From positions 640,001 through 704,000 of the forward strand of contig CAWBZV010000002.1 in NCBI GenBank assembly GCA_963793305.1: a DNA stretch of 64,000 nucleotides. The letters are read 5' to 3'. Position numbers and translations under genes: made by a program. Positions 1-9,817 of this stretch are shown piece by piece; position 1 is the first letter of the stretch, and each line of letters opens with the position of its first letter. Under the pieces are notes generated by a model that saw nothing but the letters and a program-made list of their open reading frames with translations, was not told the origin of the DNA and made no database searches. Origin of the DNA: an uncultured Gemmatimonadales bacterium. Its GTDB lineage: Bacteria; Gemmatimonadota; Gemmatimonadetes; Gemmatimonadales; Gemmatimonadaceae.

Positions 1-654
1 AGCGCGATGGCCGTGCAAATCGTCACCCGCGACATCGCGCCGCTGTCCGACATCTCGAATAGCGGCGCGCCGGAGACCCTGCGAGAGGCCCTCCAGGATG
101 CGAATCGCGCGATCTTCGACCGCACGATCTCCGAGGTCGACAAGCAGGGCATGGGCACGACCGCCTCGGTGCTCGTCCTGAGTCGCAACCGCTACCTGAT
201 TGGCCAGGTCGGCGACTCCCGAATTTATCGGGTCCGCAACGGAGTGCTGGAGCAGCTGACCAAGGACCACTCCTATGTGCAGGAACAGGTCGACGCCGGC
301 TACATCACCCCCGAGCAAGCGCGCTATCACCCATACAGCAACGTCATCACGCGCTGTGTCGGCGCGAGTCCCGAGGTCGAGCCCGATGTCTACTCGGGTG
401 AGCTCGCGGTCGGCGACATCTTTCTCGTCGCGAGCGACGGACTGACCGGGATGCTCGAAGACTCACACCTGCAGCGTCTCATGCTCGCCCGGCATTCGCC
501 TGGGCGGCTGGTCGATCACTTGATCGGCGAAGCGAACCGGCGCGGCGGACTCGATAACATTACCGCCGTCGTCGTCCAGGTGACCGCCCTCGACGACCCG
601 CGGCTCGATTCGCCGACGGCCGAGACTCCGGTCTATCGTCCACCGGAAAAATGA
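1..654 (+). CDS. PP2C-family (Stp1/PrpC-like) Ser/Thr protein phosphatase, 5'-partial
   Basis: Motifs GMGTT, VGDSRIY, QLTKDHS, SDGL, GGLDNIT; frame is open to the window edge (SAMAV...). Confidence 0.93.
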   Translation, partial: SAMAVQIVTRDIAPLSDISNSGAPETLREALQDANRAIFDRTISEVDKQGMGTTASVLVLSRNRYLIGQVGDSRIYRVRNGVLEQLTKDHSYVQEQVDAGYITPEQARYHPYSNVITRCVGASPEVEPDVYSGELAVGDIFLVASDGLTGMLEDSHLQRLMLARHSPGRLVDHLIGEANRRGGLDNITAVVVQVTALDDPRLDSPTAETPVYRPPEK

Positions 655-824
655 GCGAGCCGACGGTCGGTGCAGTGGCCGACTTGTACCTCGGCAACAT
701 CCTCTACGCGCTGGAGTTGGCCGCGACGAGCCTCGAAGCCGATGGCAAGCCCGAGGACGCCGCGTTCTATCGCGGCATTGCGCGTAAACTCGCCGATGCA
801 CGGGGCCGAGAGCTGAAGGGGTGA
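651..824 (+). CDS. Small hypothetical protein, 57 aa (MSEPTVGAVADLYLGNILYALELAA...RELKG)
   Basis: ATGA overlap with the phosphatase stop; GC-rich third codon positions; fills the gap; below the ORF-track cutoff. Confidence 0.7.
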   Translation: MSEPTVGAVADLYLGNILYALELAATSLEADGKPEDAAFYRGIARKLADARGRELKG

Positions 825-854
825 CACGCCGGCAGGAACGGGCGTCTATCTCCC

Positions 855-2204
855 GTGAAGCATGTCGTTGTTGTTGCACTCTTTATCGCTACAAGTAGCG
901 CGTCGGCGCAGGATGCCGCGCGCGCGTTGGCGCAATCGGGCCACTATCGCTCGGCGATCGCGCTCTACGACTCCGTCCTCGCGCGCGAGCCTCGCAATTG
1001 GGACGCCGCACTGGGTCGTGCTCAAGCCATTGCGTGGAGCGGAAGGTTCGCCGAGGCCGAGTCGACGTATCGCGCGCTCATCGACTCGGGCGCTGGTCCT
1101 GATGCGCAAAAGGGTCTTGCCCGTGTCGTCGCCTGGCGGGGTCGTCTGCCCGAATCGGAGCACATCTATCGCTCGATCATCGCGCACGACTCCACGGACG
1201 CCGAAGCGCTGACGGGTCTCGCGCAGGTGCTACAATGGGAAGGCCGGCCGCGCGAAGCGCGTGCCGCATTGAAAAGAGCCCTCGCCGCGCATCCAGACGA
1301 TGGCGACGCGCGCGAAGCATGGGCGAAGCTGCGTCCCCTGGTGTCACCATGGATTCGTCCGACCGTCACCACCTGGGGCGACAACGAGGACAACTCCGGC
1401 GAAGCCGGATCGCTCGCGGCTCAAGATGGACCATTGTCGTTCGCCGCGACCTATCGCAACACCCAAGGACCCCACGACGTCTACGGTCACACGCAAACCG
1501 ATCGTGTCGGCGTCGCACTGGGCACCGGACCACTGATGATTCGGGCCGATGGCGGCGTCGGTCTGGGCGAGGGCGAGTACGCGGAGGCCATCGGCGCTGC
1601 CCACGCGGCGGTGACGGTCGGTCCCATGACGCTGACCGCCGGCGGATCGCGCGAGCTGTTCGACGAGACGGCCGCGATGATCGCCTCGGGTCTCGTGCAA
1701 ACGACGGCCGACGCCGCGCTCGATGTCGGTGGCCATCTCACCGGCACCTTCGGCTACGCCACCGTGAGCGGCGAACACCATAGCGACGAGCGCGTCGAGG
1801 GCTCGATGTATATGTGGTCCGGCGCATGGCACGGGCTCGCCGTTGGCGCCGGCGCACATGGGTATGGTTACCTGCGACCGGACACCACGGACGGATACTT
1901 CGCGCCCGCCAGCTTCATCCTGGCGGAGGGCGCGCTGAGAATGACCGCGGGCGGGGAGCGTGGACTAGCAGGGACCCTGGAACTCGGCGCCGGAGCGCAG
2001 CGTATTGCGGCTTTTGGCGCACCGGCGTCCATCAAACCAGCCGAGCGAGTCAATGCCGCTATCCTGTACCGGTTTGAACCAGGGGTCGAGTGCGGCGTAA
2101 GTGGCGGATACGCCGTGGCCGCTTCACCGAATGCGACGACGGCCAGTGCCGCGGCCGCGTATCGCGGTTACTCGGTCGCCCTCGTCGCGCGGATCATCCC
2201 GTAG
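855..2204 (+). CDS. Secreted TPR protein with probable C-terminal outer-membrane beta-barrel (PgaA/BcsC/YaiO-like architecture)
   Basis: Signal peptide ending ASA-QD; repeated TPR-like units (AIAWSGRFAEAE, VVAWRGRLPESE, VLQWEGRPREAR); Gly/aromatic beta-rich C-half with GYFAP. Confidence 0.75.
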   Translation: MKHVVVVALFIATSSASAQDAARALAQSGHYRSAIALYDSVLAREPRNWDAALGRAQAIAWSGRFAEAESTYRALIDSGAGPDAQKGLARVVAWRGRLPESEHIYRSIIAHDSTDAEALTGLAQVLQWEGRPREARAALKRALAAHPDDGDAREAWAKLRPLVSPWIRPTVTTWGDNEDNSGEAGSLAAQDGPLSFAATYRNTQGPHDVYGHTQTDRVGVALGTGPLMIRADGGVGLGEGEYAEAIGAAHAAVTVGPMTLTAGGSRELFDETAAMIASGLVQTTADAALDVGGHLTGTFGYATVSGEHHSDERVEGSMYMWSGAWHGLAVGAGAHGYGYLRPDTTDGYFAPASFILAEGALRMTAGGERGLAGTLELGAGAQRIAAFGAPASIKPAERVNAAILYRFEPGVECGVSGGYAVAASPNATTASAAAAYRGYSVALVARIIP

Positions 2205-2562
2205 CGAGCGCCCGTCGGACCTCAGCGGCGATCGTCAGCGGGTCGAACGGCTTCGTGAGGCACGCGACGGCGCCGATCTCCAGCGCCCGAGCGACCTCGT
2301 CGCGCTGTGTCTTCGCGGTCAGGAACACCACGGGCACGTTGGCGGTTACCTTGTCGGCCTTGAGGCGACGGCACGTCTCGTATCCGTCGAGCCCCGGCAT
2401 CATGCCGTCCAGCAGAATGGCGTCGAACCGCGTTTCTTTTGCTCGTGCCAGCGCATCCTGTCCGGACTCGACAATCTCGACTTCGAGGTCCGGATCGAGC
2501 CCGAGCGCGAGCTCGAGAATCGTCCGGATGTCCGCTTCATCATCGGCGCACAAGAGTCGCAT
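2194..2562 (-). CDS. Single-domain response regulator (receiver)
   Basis: ADDE, LLDGMMPGLDG, FLTA and KPF receiver motifs. Confidence 0.93.
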   Translation of the reverse strand: MRLLCADDEADIRTILELALGLDPDLEVEIVESGQDALARAKETRFDAILLDGMMPGLDGYETCRRLKADKVTANVPVVFLTAKTQRDEVARALEIGAVACLTKPFDPLTIAAEVRRALATG

Positions 2563-2655
2563 GAGCACGGGAGCAAGAGAGCAAAGTGACGGTCAATGGT
2601 CGGCGCCCGTCATCGCGGAGACGAGCTTCGCGCTCGGTCCGCAACCGGGGCGAAT

Positions 2656-3456
2656 ATGAGCGAAATCCAATCTTCGGCAGTGGCGGCACCCGCGGGCACG
2701 ATCCCGCCGGAGATGATGCGCGCCCTGCGCGAGCGATTTCGGGCTTCAACACTCCGCACCTGCGCGGCGTTCCGTACCCTCGGCATCCAATTGGCGGCTA
2801 CTCCCGACGCGCCCGAGGTAGTCGACGCTGTCCGTCGCGAGCTGCATCGGGTGCACGGCACCGCCGGAAGCTATGGGTTCCGCGAAGCCTCGAATCTCGC
2901 CGCCAAGCTCGAGGAGCGAGCCATCCGCTGGGCCACCGACGCCGAGCTCGACCGCGACGCGCGCGGCGCGATGATGATCGAGTTCGCGGAAGTCCTGTCA
3001 CTCGCGGTTGGCGAACCCGAAACCACCGTGGCTCCCGCGCCCGTGGTCGAGGCGACGGGGCCGGTCGTGGCCACGCCCAACGTCATCGTGATCGAGGACG
3101 ATGGGCCGCTCCAAGAGATGATCCTCTACGCCCTCCGCTCCGCCGGCTTGACGTCGCGTGCGTTCTCCGACGGCCCTGAGGCACTCGACGCGCTCCTGGC
3201 GATGCCGGTGCCCGCCGACGGCCGCCGGCCGCTCGTCCTGCTCGATGTCGATCTGCCCGGGATCGATGGGCATTCGCTCCACGAACGACTGCGCGTCCAG
3301 CGTCCGGGCGCATTCGGATTCGTGTTCCAGACCGTGCACGGCGGCGAGGCCGAGCAGGTCCGCGCGCTCACCAACGGCGCGCTCGACTACGTCGTCAAGC
3401 CGCTCAACCTCCGCGTACTCCTGGCGAAGATCCCGATGTGGATCCGGCGCGGATAG
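2656..3456 (+). CDS. Hpt domain + receiver domain protein
   Basis: N-terminal ELHRVHGTAGSYGF (Hpt His motif); C-terminal IEDD...LLDVDLPGIDG...VKP; ATG 2656 preferred over the ORF-track start. Confidence 0.88.
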   Translation: MSEIQSSAVAAPAGTIPPEMMRALRERFRASTLRTCAAFRTLGIQLAATPDAPEVVDAVRRELHRVHGTAGSYGFREASNLAAKLEERAIRWATDAELDRDARGAMMIEFAEVLSLAVGEPETTVAPAPVVEATGPVVATPNVIVIEDDGPLQEMILYALRSAGLTSRAFSDGPEALDALLAMPVPADGRRPLVLLDVDLPGIDGHSLHERLRVQRPGAFGFVFQTVHGGEAEQVRALTNGALDYVVKPLNLRVLLAKIPMWIRRG

Positions 3457-3460
3457 CACC

Positions 3461-4534
3461 GTGGTTCTGACAACGATCGTTCTGTCCGTGATCGCCGCCG
3501 TACAGGCCGCATTTTTGTTGGTGCTGCTGGCGTACCTCGCCGCGAATCGGGTTCGGATGTCGCGTCTCACCCGCCGCGAGAACGCCGTGACCGCGTCGCT
3601 CACCGAGCCACTCCATGCGTTCTTGCTCGGCACCGGGAGCGCGGTCGAGGTCTGTGCTCACTTGGCGGTACTCGGTCCCGACCAAGCACTCGAGCAACTG
3701 ACGCGCCTGTCCGCGCTGCGCGTGGCGGCCGAGCGGCAGGACGTGCTCGCCACCGCCCTCCTCAAGGAGAAATGGGTCCAGCGCGGGCTCAAAGGCGCCC
3801 GGTCTCCGCGCTGGTGGAAGCGCCTGGCGGCGGTTCGTCTGCTGGCGGCGGTGGGTCAACAATCGCATCGCGCCATGCTGCGTCGCCTCTTACTGGACCG
3901 GCATCCCGCGGTCCAACTCGCGGCCGCCTCCTGCCTCGGTCGCGTCGCCGACAGCGATCTCGTTTCGCTGATCGTCGAGACGCTCCCGGGGAGGCCTGTC
4001 GCGGTCCGACATTACCTCTTCTCCGCGTTGCGCCAATGTTGGCAGTACACGGTGCCGCTCGTGGCTCGGCGCCTGCGCGCCGACACGCCGCCCCAACGTC
4101 TCGAGGTCTGGGTCAACCTCGCCGAGTCGCTCGCCACGCCGGCCGTGCTCGGACCCGTGCTGCGGTTGGCGACGCATGCCGATGCCGATGTGCGACTCGC
4201 CGTGGCGCGTGCGCTCAAGCACTACTTCCACCCTGAGACGCCTGCTGCGCTCTATGCGCTGCTCGAAGACGAGGACTGGCGCGTGCGGGCGCAAGCCGCG
4301 CGAGCGCTCGGCGTGCTCAAAGTCACCGAGGCCATTGGGCCGCTCGGTCAGCTGCTCCGCGATAGCGCATGGTGGGTCCGGTTCCGCGCCGCGTTGAGCC
4401 TGGCGCAGCTCGGCGAGCCTGGTCGGCGCATGTTGCGCGAGGCGCGTGTGGGCGGCGATCGCTACGCGAGCGAAATGGCGACGATGATCAGCGGGCTCTC
4501 CGGCGGCGGCGTCCTCGAGTTGGCGGACGCATGA
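3461..4534 (+). CDS. Membrane-anchored HEAT-repeat protein
   Basis: N-terminal TM helix; HEAT units such as DEDWRVRAQAARALG and DSAWWVRFRAALSL; GTG start 4 nt after the upstream stop. Confidence 0.88.
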   Translation: MVLTTIVLSVIAAVQAAFLLVLLAYLAANRVRMSRLTRRENAVTASLTEPLHAFLLGTGSAVEVCAHLAVLGPDQALEQLTRLSALRVAAERQDVLATALLKEKWVQRGLKGARSPRWWKRLAAVRLLAAVGQQSHRAMLRRLLLDRHPAVQLAAASCLGRVADSDLVSLIVETLPGRPVAVRHYLFSALRQCWQYTVPLVARRLRADTPPQRLEVWVNLAESLATPAVLGPVLRLATHADADVRLAVARALKHYFHPETPAALYALLEDEDWRVRAQAARALGVLKVTEAIGPLGQLLRDSAWWVRFRAALSLAQLGEPGRRMLREARVGGDRYASEMATMISGLSGGGVLELADA

Positions 4535-5970
4535 TCCACTGGGTCGTGGTCGGGCTCGCGGTCGCGGACAAGACCGCGCTGCTCTATTTCCTGATCCTCA
4601 ACTCGTTCTACGCGGTGTTGCTGATGTCGAGCATCCCCGAGGCTTGGCTGCACTGGCATCTGGCCCACGACGAGCACGTGCGCCGCTTGCTCGGCTCCGA
4701 CGCCCTGCCGCCGCTCTCGGTGCTCGTCCCCGCGTACAACGAAGAAGTCAGCATCGCCGCGAGCGTGTTGTCCTTCTTAACGCTCGAATACCCGCGGCAC
4801 GAGGTTGTATTGGTCAGCGACGGCTCGACCGATGCGACGATTCAGCGGCTCGTCGAGGCGTACGACCTCTATGAGGTCCCGCCAGCGTTCCCCATCGGCG
4901 TCCCGACCAAAACCATCCGCGCTTACTACCGCTCGCGCCGGTACTCAAAACTATTGGTGCTCGACAAAGACAACGGTGGCAAAGCCGACGCATTGAATGC
5001 CGCACTGAATGCCGCCCGCTACCCATACGTACTCGCTGTCGACGCCGACACGCTGATCGAATCTGATGCCCTATTGCGCCTAGCGCGGCCATTTCTGATG
5101 GGCGGACACGTTGCCGCCGTAGGCGGCACGATAAGAGTCGCGAACGGATGCCGCGTCGAGCACGGCCGGGTGGTCGAGGCGAGAGTTGACAGCAGGTTGC
5201 TGCCGGGCATTCAAGTTGTGGAATACCTCCGGGCGTTCCTGTTCGGCCGACTCGGCTGGAACCGCCTGGGCGGCAACCTCATCATCTCCGGCGCATTCGG
5301 CCTCTTCCGCCGGGCCTACGTGCTGGCCATTGGCGGGTACCGCACCGGTCACATCACCGAGGACATGGACCTGGTCGTTCGGCTTCACCGCTACTTGCGA
5401 GAGAGCAAGCTGCCGGACCGGATGCCGTTCGTGCCGGATCCGGTCGCCTGGACCGAAGTGCCGACCTCGCTCCAAGTCCTCGGCCGGCAACGGGAACGGT
5501 GGCATCGCGGTCTCATTGCCACGTTGTGGCAGCACCGCGACTTGATGTTCAATCGCAAGTACGGCTCGGTCGGCTTGGTCGCCTACCCTTTCTATTTCTT
5601 TGGCGAGATGCTGGCGCCCGTCGTCGAGTTGCTCGGGTACCTGGTGACCGCGCTCGGGCTCGCGATCGGGGCCGTCGACTGGTCATTCGCCGGGCTGTTC
5701 CTGCTCGTGGCGGTCGGCTATGGGCTTCTCTTGTCGATCTGGACGTTCGTGCTCGAGGAGCTCACGTACCGCCGATATACGCGACCGGGCGATCTCTTGC
5801 GGCTCATTCTGTACGCCATCGTGGAAAATGTCGGATACCGGCAGGTGACCGTCCTGTTTCGATTGATGGCGTTCTGGCGCACCTTGCGCGGCGTGCGAAC
5901 CTGGGGAGTCATGAAGAGGGAGGGCTGGGCGGAGGTTCAGCCAGTCCAAAAGAGCGCGCGGGCCGTTTAG
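4531..5970 (+). CDS. Processive family-2 glycosyltransferase (IcaA/PgaC-like synthase)
   Basis: VPAYNEE, DGSTD, GGKADALN, DADT, TED and QRERW (QxxRW); N- and C-terminal TM helices; ATGA overlap with the HEAT gene. Confidence 0.92.
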   Translation: MIHWVVVGLAVADKTALLYFLILNSFYAVLLMSSIPEAWLHWHLAHDEHVRRLLGSDALPPLSVLVPAYNEEVSIAASVLSFLTLEYPRHEVVLVSDGSTDATIQRLVEAYDLYEVPPAFPIGVPTKTIRAYYRSRRYSKLLVLDKDNGGKADALNAALNAARYPYVLAVDADTLIESDALLRLARPFLMGGHVAAVGGTIRVANGCRVEHGRVVEARVDSRLLPGIQVVEYLRAFLFGRLGWNRLGGNLIISGAFGLFRRAYVLAIGGYRTGHITEDMDLVVRLHRYLRESKLPDRMPFVPDPVAWTEVPTSLQVLGRQRERWHRGLIATLWQHRDLMFNRKYGSVGLVAYPFYFFGEMLAPVVELLGYLVTALGLAIGAVDWSFAGLFLLVAVGYGLLLSIWTFVLEELTYRRYTRPGDLLRLILYAIVENVGYRQVTVLFRLMAFWRTLRGVRTWGVMKREGWAEVQPVQKSARAV

Positions 5971-5980
5971 GTTGAAATAC

Positions 5981-7076
5981 ATGCCGAACAGACTGCAACT
6001 GCTCCATGACGCCGGCCAATCGATCTGGCTGGACTTCATTGACCGCACAATTCTGACGAACGGCGAGCTGGAGCGCCGTACCCGCGAAGACGCGGTCACT
6101 GGCGAGACCACCAACCCCACGATCTTCGAGAAGGCACTGGCCGAGGGACCGGCGTACGATGATCAGCTGGCGGCGCTGTCGGCCGACGGACTGACGGACC
6201 CGCAGGCGATCTTCGAGGTGATCGAGGCCGACGACGTTCCGCACCGCATGCGACATCTTCCGCCCGGTCTACGACCGGACGAACGGCATCGACGGCTACG
6301 TCTCGATCGAGTGCTCGCCCGGAGTGGCGAACGACGCCAATGCGACGATCGCCGAGGCGCGCCGCCTGTGGAACAGCGTGTCCCGGCCGAACGTGATGGT
6401 GAAGGTGCCGGGCACGCCGGACGGCGTGGTGGCCGTTCGTCGTCTCTTGGCTGATGGCATCAACGTCAACATCACGCTGTTGTTCTCCATCGACGCGTAC
6501 TCGACGGTCATCGACGCGTATCTGGCCGGCGTGCAGGATCGGCTGCGCACCGGCGCGCCGGTCGATCGGATCGCGTCCGTCGCGTCGTTCTTCGTGAGCC
6601 GCGTCGATTCGGAAATCGATAAGCGCCTGACCGCGGCGGATCTGAAAGGCAAGGCCGCTATCGCCAACGCGAAGCTCGCCTATGCATTGTTCCAACAGAA
6701 GTTTTCGGGCGCCGTCTGGGATGACCTGGCGCGCCAAGGCGCACGAGTCCAACGGCCGCTGTGGGCGAGCACCAGCACCAAAAATCCGGCGTATCGCAAC
6801 GTCATGTACGTCGAGCAACTGATCGGCCCGAACACCGTGAACACGATGCCCGTGGCGACGATCGATGCGTTCCGCGATCACGGCGAGACCGCGAGGACGA
6901 TTGATGCCGATGTCGCGGGTGCACGGCGGCTGATCCAGCAAGTCGAAGCGGCCGGTGTCTCGATGCGCGAGGTCACCGACAAGTTGCTCGCCGACGGACT
7001 GGCGTCGTTCCAAAAGTCGTGGGACACCATGCTGGCAGGACTGGCGAACAAGACCCGGGTCGTCGCGGCGCGCTGA
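5981..7076 (+). pseudogene. tal: Transaldolase with a +1 frameshift near 6237 (probably a sequence error rather than true decay)
   Basis: QSIWLD and TTNPTIF in the first frame; DGYVSIE, NVMVKVP, NITLLFS, RPLWASTSTKNP and NTMP in the second; removing one T from GACGTTC (6233-6239) gives one 365-codon frame. Confidence 0.88.
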
Positions 7077-8495
7077 GTGACCACTCCCGGTCTCGCCCGA
7101 ACGAAAATCGTCTGTACGCTCGGCCCCTCGACCGCGACGGAATCGGCGATCGGGGATTTGCTCGACGCCGGGATGAACGTCGCCCGGATCAACTTCTCGC
7201 ATGGGACGCACGCCGAGCACGCGGCGACGATCGCCCGCGTCCGGGCGGCCGCCGATGCCCGCAAGCTACCCGTCGCGATTCTTGGCGATCTCCAAGGCCC
7301 GCGCATACGGATCGGCGAGCTCGCTGCCCCTCTCCAGGTCAACCCTGGCGACGATATTGTACTCGCTCCCGAAGATGCTCTCCCTCCGGGCGCGACCCCA
7401 GTGACGTATCACGCCCTGGCGAGCGATGTCCACACGGGTGACCGGATTCTCGTGGACGATGGCCTGATCGAGCTGATGGTGCTCGACACGGCGGGGAACA
7501 CGGTCCACGCGCGAGTGGTCCATGGTGGCCAGATAAAAAGTCACAAGGGCCTGAACCTGCCGGGAATACACGTCTCGGCGCCGTCGATCACCGAGAAGGA
7601 CCACGCGGACATTGTCTTTGCTGTCGACCAGGGCCTCGACTATCTCGCGCTGAGTTTCGTGCGCCGAGCCGAGGATATCGCGGATCTCCGGGAGCGCATT
7701 CCGAAAAAGCTGCTCGTGATCGCGAAGATCGAAAAAGACATCGCGCTCACCAATATCGAGTCGATTATGCGAGCGGCCGATGGCGTCATGGTCGCGCGCG
7801 GTGACCTGGGCGTCGAGCTCCCTTTCGAAGAAGTGCCGATCGCGCAGAAGCGGATCATTCGTCTCGCGAATCGCCTCGGCAAGCCAGTGATTACCGCGAC
7901 CCAGATGCTGGAGTCGATGGTCGAGCACCCGCGCCCGACGCGCGCCGAGGCGAGCGACGTCGCCAACGCGATCCTCGATGGCACGGACGCGGTCATGCTC
8001 TCGGCCGAGACGGCGGCCGGCGCGTTCCCACGACTCGCGGTCGAGGCGATGCGGCGGATCATCTGCGAGGTCGAATGCCATCCGCTCCCGTGGCGGTCGC
8101 GCGACGAAGAGCGGCGAGACCCCGGGTCATCCGTGGCCACCGAGGAAGCGATCGCCGCGGCCACGATCGCGGCCCAACGCATGCTGGCGACACCCCTGGT
8201 GGTCGTGCTGACCAAAGGCGGATTCAGCGCGCGAGTCGTCTCGTCGCACCGGCCGAGGGTGCCGATCCTCGCGCTGACCGACATGCCGCAGACCTATCGG
8301 CAGCTCGCGCTCGTCTGGGGCGTGGTCCCGCACCTCGTGGCACACTGCACGACGTATGACGAGATGGTCGCACTGGCCCGGCAGGCGGCAGTCGAGCTCG
8401 GGCTCGCGCGGACTGGCGATCGCGTGCTCGTCACCGCCGGCGTGCCGTTCGATGTTCCAGGCACCACGAATCTGCTGAAGGTCGAGACGGTGTGA
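7077..8495 (+). CDS. pyk: Pyruvate kinase
   Basis: RTKIVCTLGP, ARINFSHG, MVARGDLGVE, ATQMLESM, DAVMLSAETA. Confidence 0.97.
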   Translation: MTTPGLARTKIVCTLGPSTATESAIGDLLDAGMNVARINFSHGTHAEHAATIARVRAAADARKLPVAILGDLQGPRIRIGELAAPLQVNPGDDIVLAPEDALPPGATPVTYHALASDVHTGDRILVDDGLIELMVLDTAGNTVHARVVHGGQIKSHKGLNLPGIHVSAPSITEKDHADIVFAVDQGLDYLALSFVRRAEDIADLRERIPKKLLVIAKIEKDIALTNIESIMRAADGVMVARGDLGVELPFEEVPIAQKRIIRLANRLGKPVITATQMLESMVEHPRPTRAEASDVANAILDGTDAVMLSAETAAGAFPRLAVEAMRRIICEVECHPLPWRSRDEERRDPGSSVATEEAIAAATIAAQRMLATPLVVVLTKGGFSARVVSSHRPRVPILALTDMPQTYRQLALVWGVVPHLVAHCTTYDEMVALARQAAVELGLARTGDRVLVTAGVPFDVPGTTNLLKVETV

Positions 8496-9271
8496 AGCTC
8501 ACGTTTCTCGGCACGGGGACCAGTTTTGGCGTGCCGATGATCGGGTGCCACTGCGCGGTGTGCCGGTCGCCCGATCCCCGGGACCGTCGAACGCGCGTTG
8601 GCGCCGTCGTAGAGACCGATCGTGGCACACGTCTCTTGATCGACACGCCACCGGAGCTCCGGGTGCAGCTGATCGCCAACGGCATCGACCGTGTCGACGC
8701 GGTGCTGTTCACGCACGACCATGCGGACCACACGCACGGGCTCGATGATCTGCGGGCCATCTCTGTGCGCAGGGACGGCGCGTTACCAATGTTCGGGTCT
8801 GCCGAAACACTGGCCTCGCTGACGCGAAAATTTCCGTATGTGTTCGACGAAAATATCAAACCGGCCCCCGGCACGACGAAACCTGAGGGTCACGCGCGCG
8901 TTATCTCACCGTACGAAACGGTCCGAATCGGCGATGCGTCGGTCGTCCCTGTGCCGGTCCCACACGGCGACATGACCGTCTACGGCTATCGGATCGGCGA
9001 TTTGGCCTACGTGACGGACGCCAAAAGTATCCCGCGCTCGGCGCTCGACGCGCTCACGGGGGCCAAAGTGTTAGTCGTGAACGCCCTGTTCCGTACGGAG
9101 CATCCGACGCATTTGAGCGTGCCGGAGGCGATCGAGGTCGCCCGCGCCGTCGGCGCCGAGCGCACATATCTCACGCATTTGACGCACGACAACTTCCACG
9201 CCGATCTCGAGGCCGAGATGCCCCGTGGCGTGACACCCGCGTTCGATGGGCTGACGGTACGGATCGACTGA
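8492..9271 (+). CDS. Metallo-beta-lactamase-fold hydrolase (PhnP/YycJ-like)
   Basis: LGTGTS.GVP.IGC.C.VC, THDHADHTHGLDD, THL. Confidence 0.92.
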   Translation: MKLTFLGTGTSFGVPMIGCHCAVCRSPDPRDRRTRVGAVVETDRGTRLLIDTPPELRVQLIANGIDRVDAVLFTHDHADHTHGLDDLRAISVRRDGALPMFGSAETLASLTRKFPYVFDENIKPAPGTTKPEGHARVISPYETVRIGDASVVPVPVPHGDMTVYGYRIGDLAYVTDAKSIPRSALDALTGAKVLVVNALFRTEHPTHLSVPEAIEVARAVGAERTYLTHLTHDNFHADLEAEMPRGVTPAFDGLTVRID

Positions 9272-9817
9272 ATGACGGACCCAATCGTCGCGGCGCTGTG
9301 GGTCGATCTGCTCGGCAAATTGGCGGGGCCGGCGGCTCACGCGGTCAACAATGCCCTGAATAACGTCGCGATCAATTTGGCGGTCCTGCAATCACGACCG
9401 AGTGCCACGGCCTACGTTGAGCGGGCCGACGACTATCTCACGGAAGCCACCCGCCTGACCCAGGCTGTGCTCGCGTTGGCCCGTCCCGTGCCCGTTCCTG
9501 TCGAGCCGGCATCAGTCCTGCATCAGATCGTACTTGTTCTCGAGGCCAGCGGCCGCCGCATTGAGGTTATCCAGGAGCACTTGAAAGCGATGGCGACAGG
9601 GATTGACGGGGGTGCGGTCCGTTTGGCGCTCGCGGCGGCTCTCGCTGACGGCGCGGCCAGCCGTGTTTCTGTGGTAGAGGGCGGTCGAGAGATACGAGTA
9701 CAAAGCGGGGTGTTGCGAGACGACGTGGCGGACGCCGCCCGCGGGGCCGGGATCGGCCTGCGAGTGGAACCGGGCCAGGTTACATTCACGTTTTCAGGAG
9801 CCCAAGAGTCCGCATGA
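9272..9817 (+). CDS. Degenerate histidine-kinase-like protein (H-box present, eroded ATPase domain)
   Basis: AAHAVNNALNNV resembles a HisKA H-box; N/G1/F/G2 boxes not recognisable; coupled to the downstream regulator. Confidence 0.6.
   Translation: MTDPIVAALWVDLLGKLAGPAAHAVNNALNNVAINLAVLQSRPSATAYVERADDYLTEATRLTQAVLALARPVPVPVEPASVLHQIVLVLEASGRRIEVIQEHLKAMATGIDGGAVRLALAAALADGAASRVSVVEGGREIRVQSGVLRDDVADAARGAGIGLRVEPGQVTFTFSGAQESA

Noticed and set aside
822..848. TGACAC-N15-CGTCTA as an ECF promoter for the TPR-barrel gene
   Set aside because: Short spacer and weak -35 match; not supportable from one instance
2622..2636. CGAGCTTCGCGCTCG mini-hairpin sharing 12 bp with the end of the 21631 element
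   Set aside because: Too short and GC-rich to separate from chance without a genome-wide count
6233..6239. Programmed ribosomal frameshifting in tal
   Set aside because: No slippery sequence, and the same extra base occurs in two opposite-strand genes, which fits a sequence artefact better
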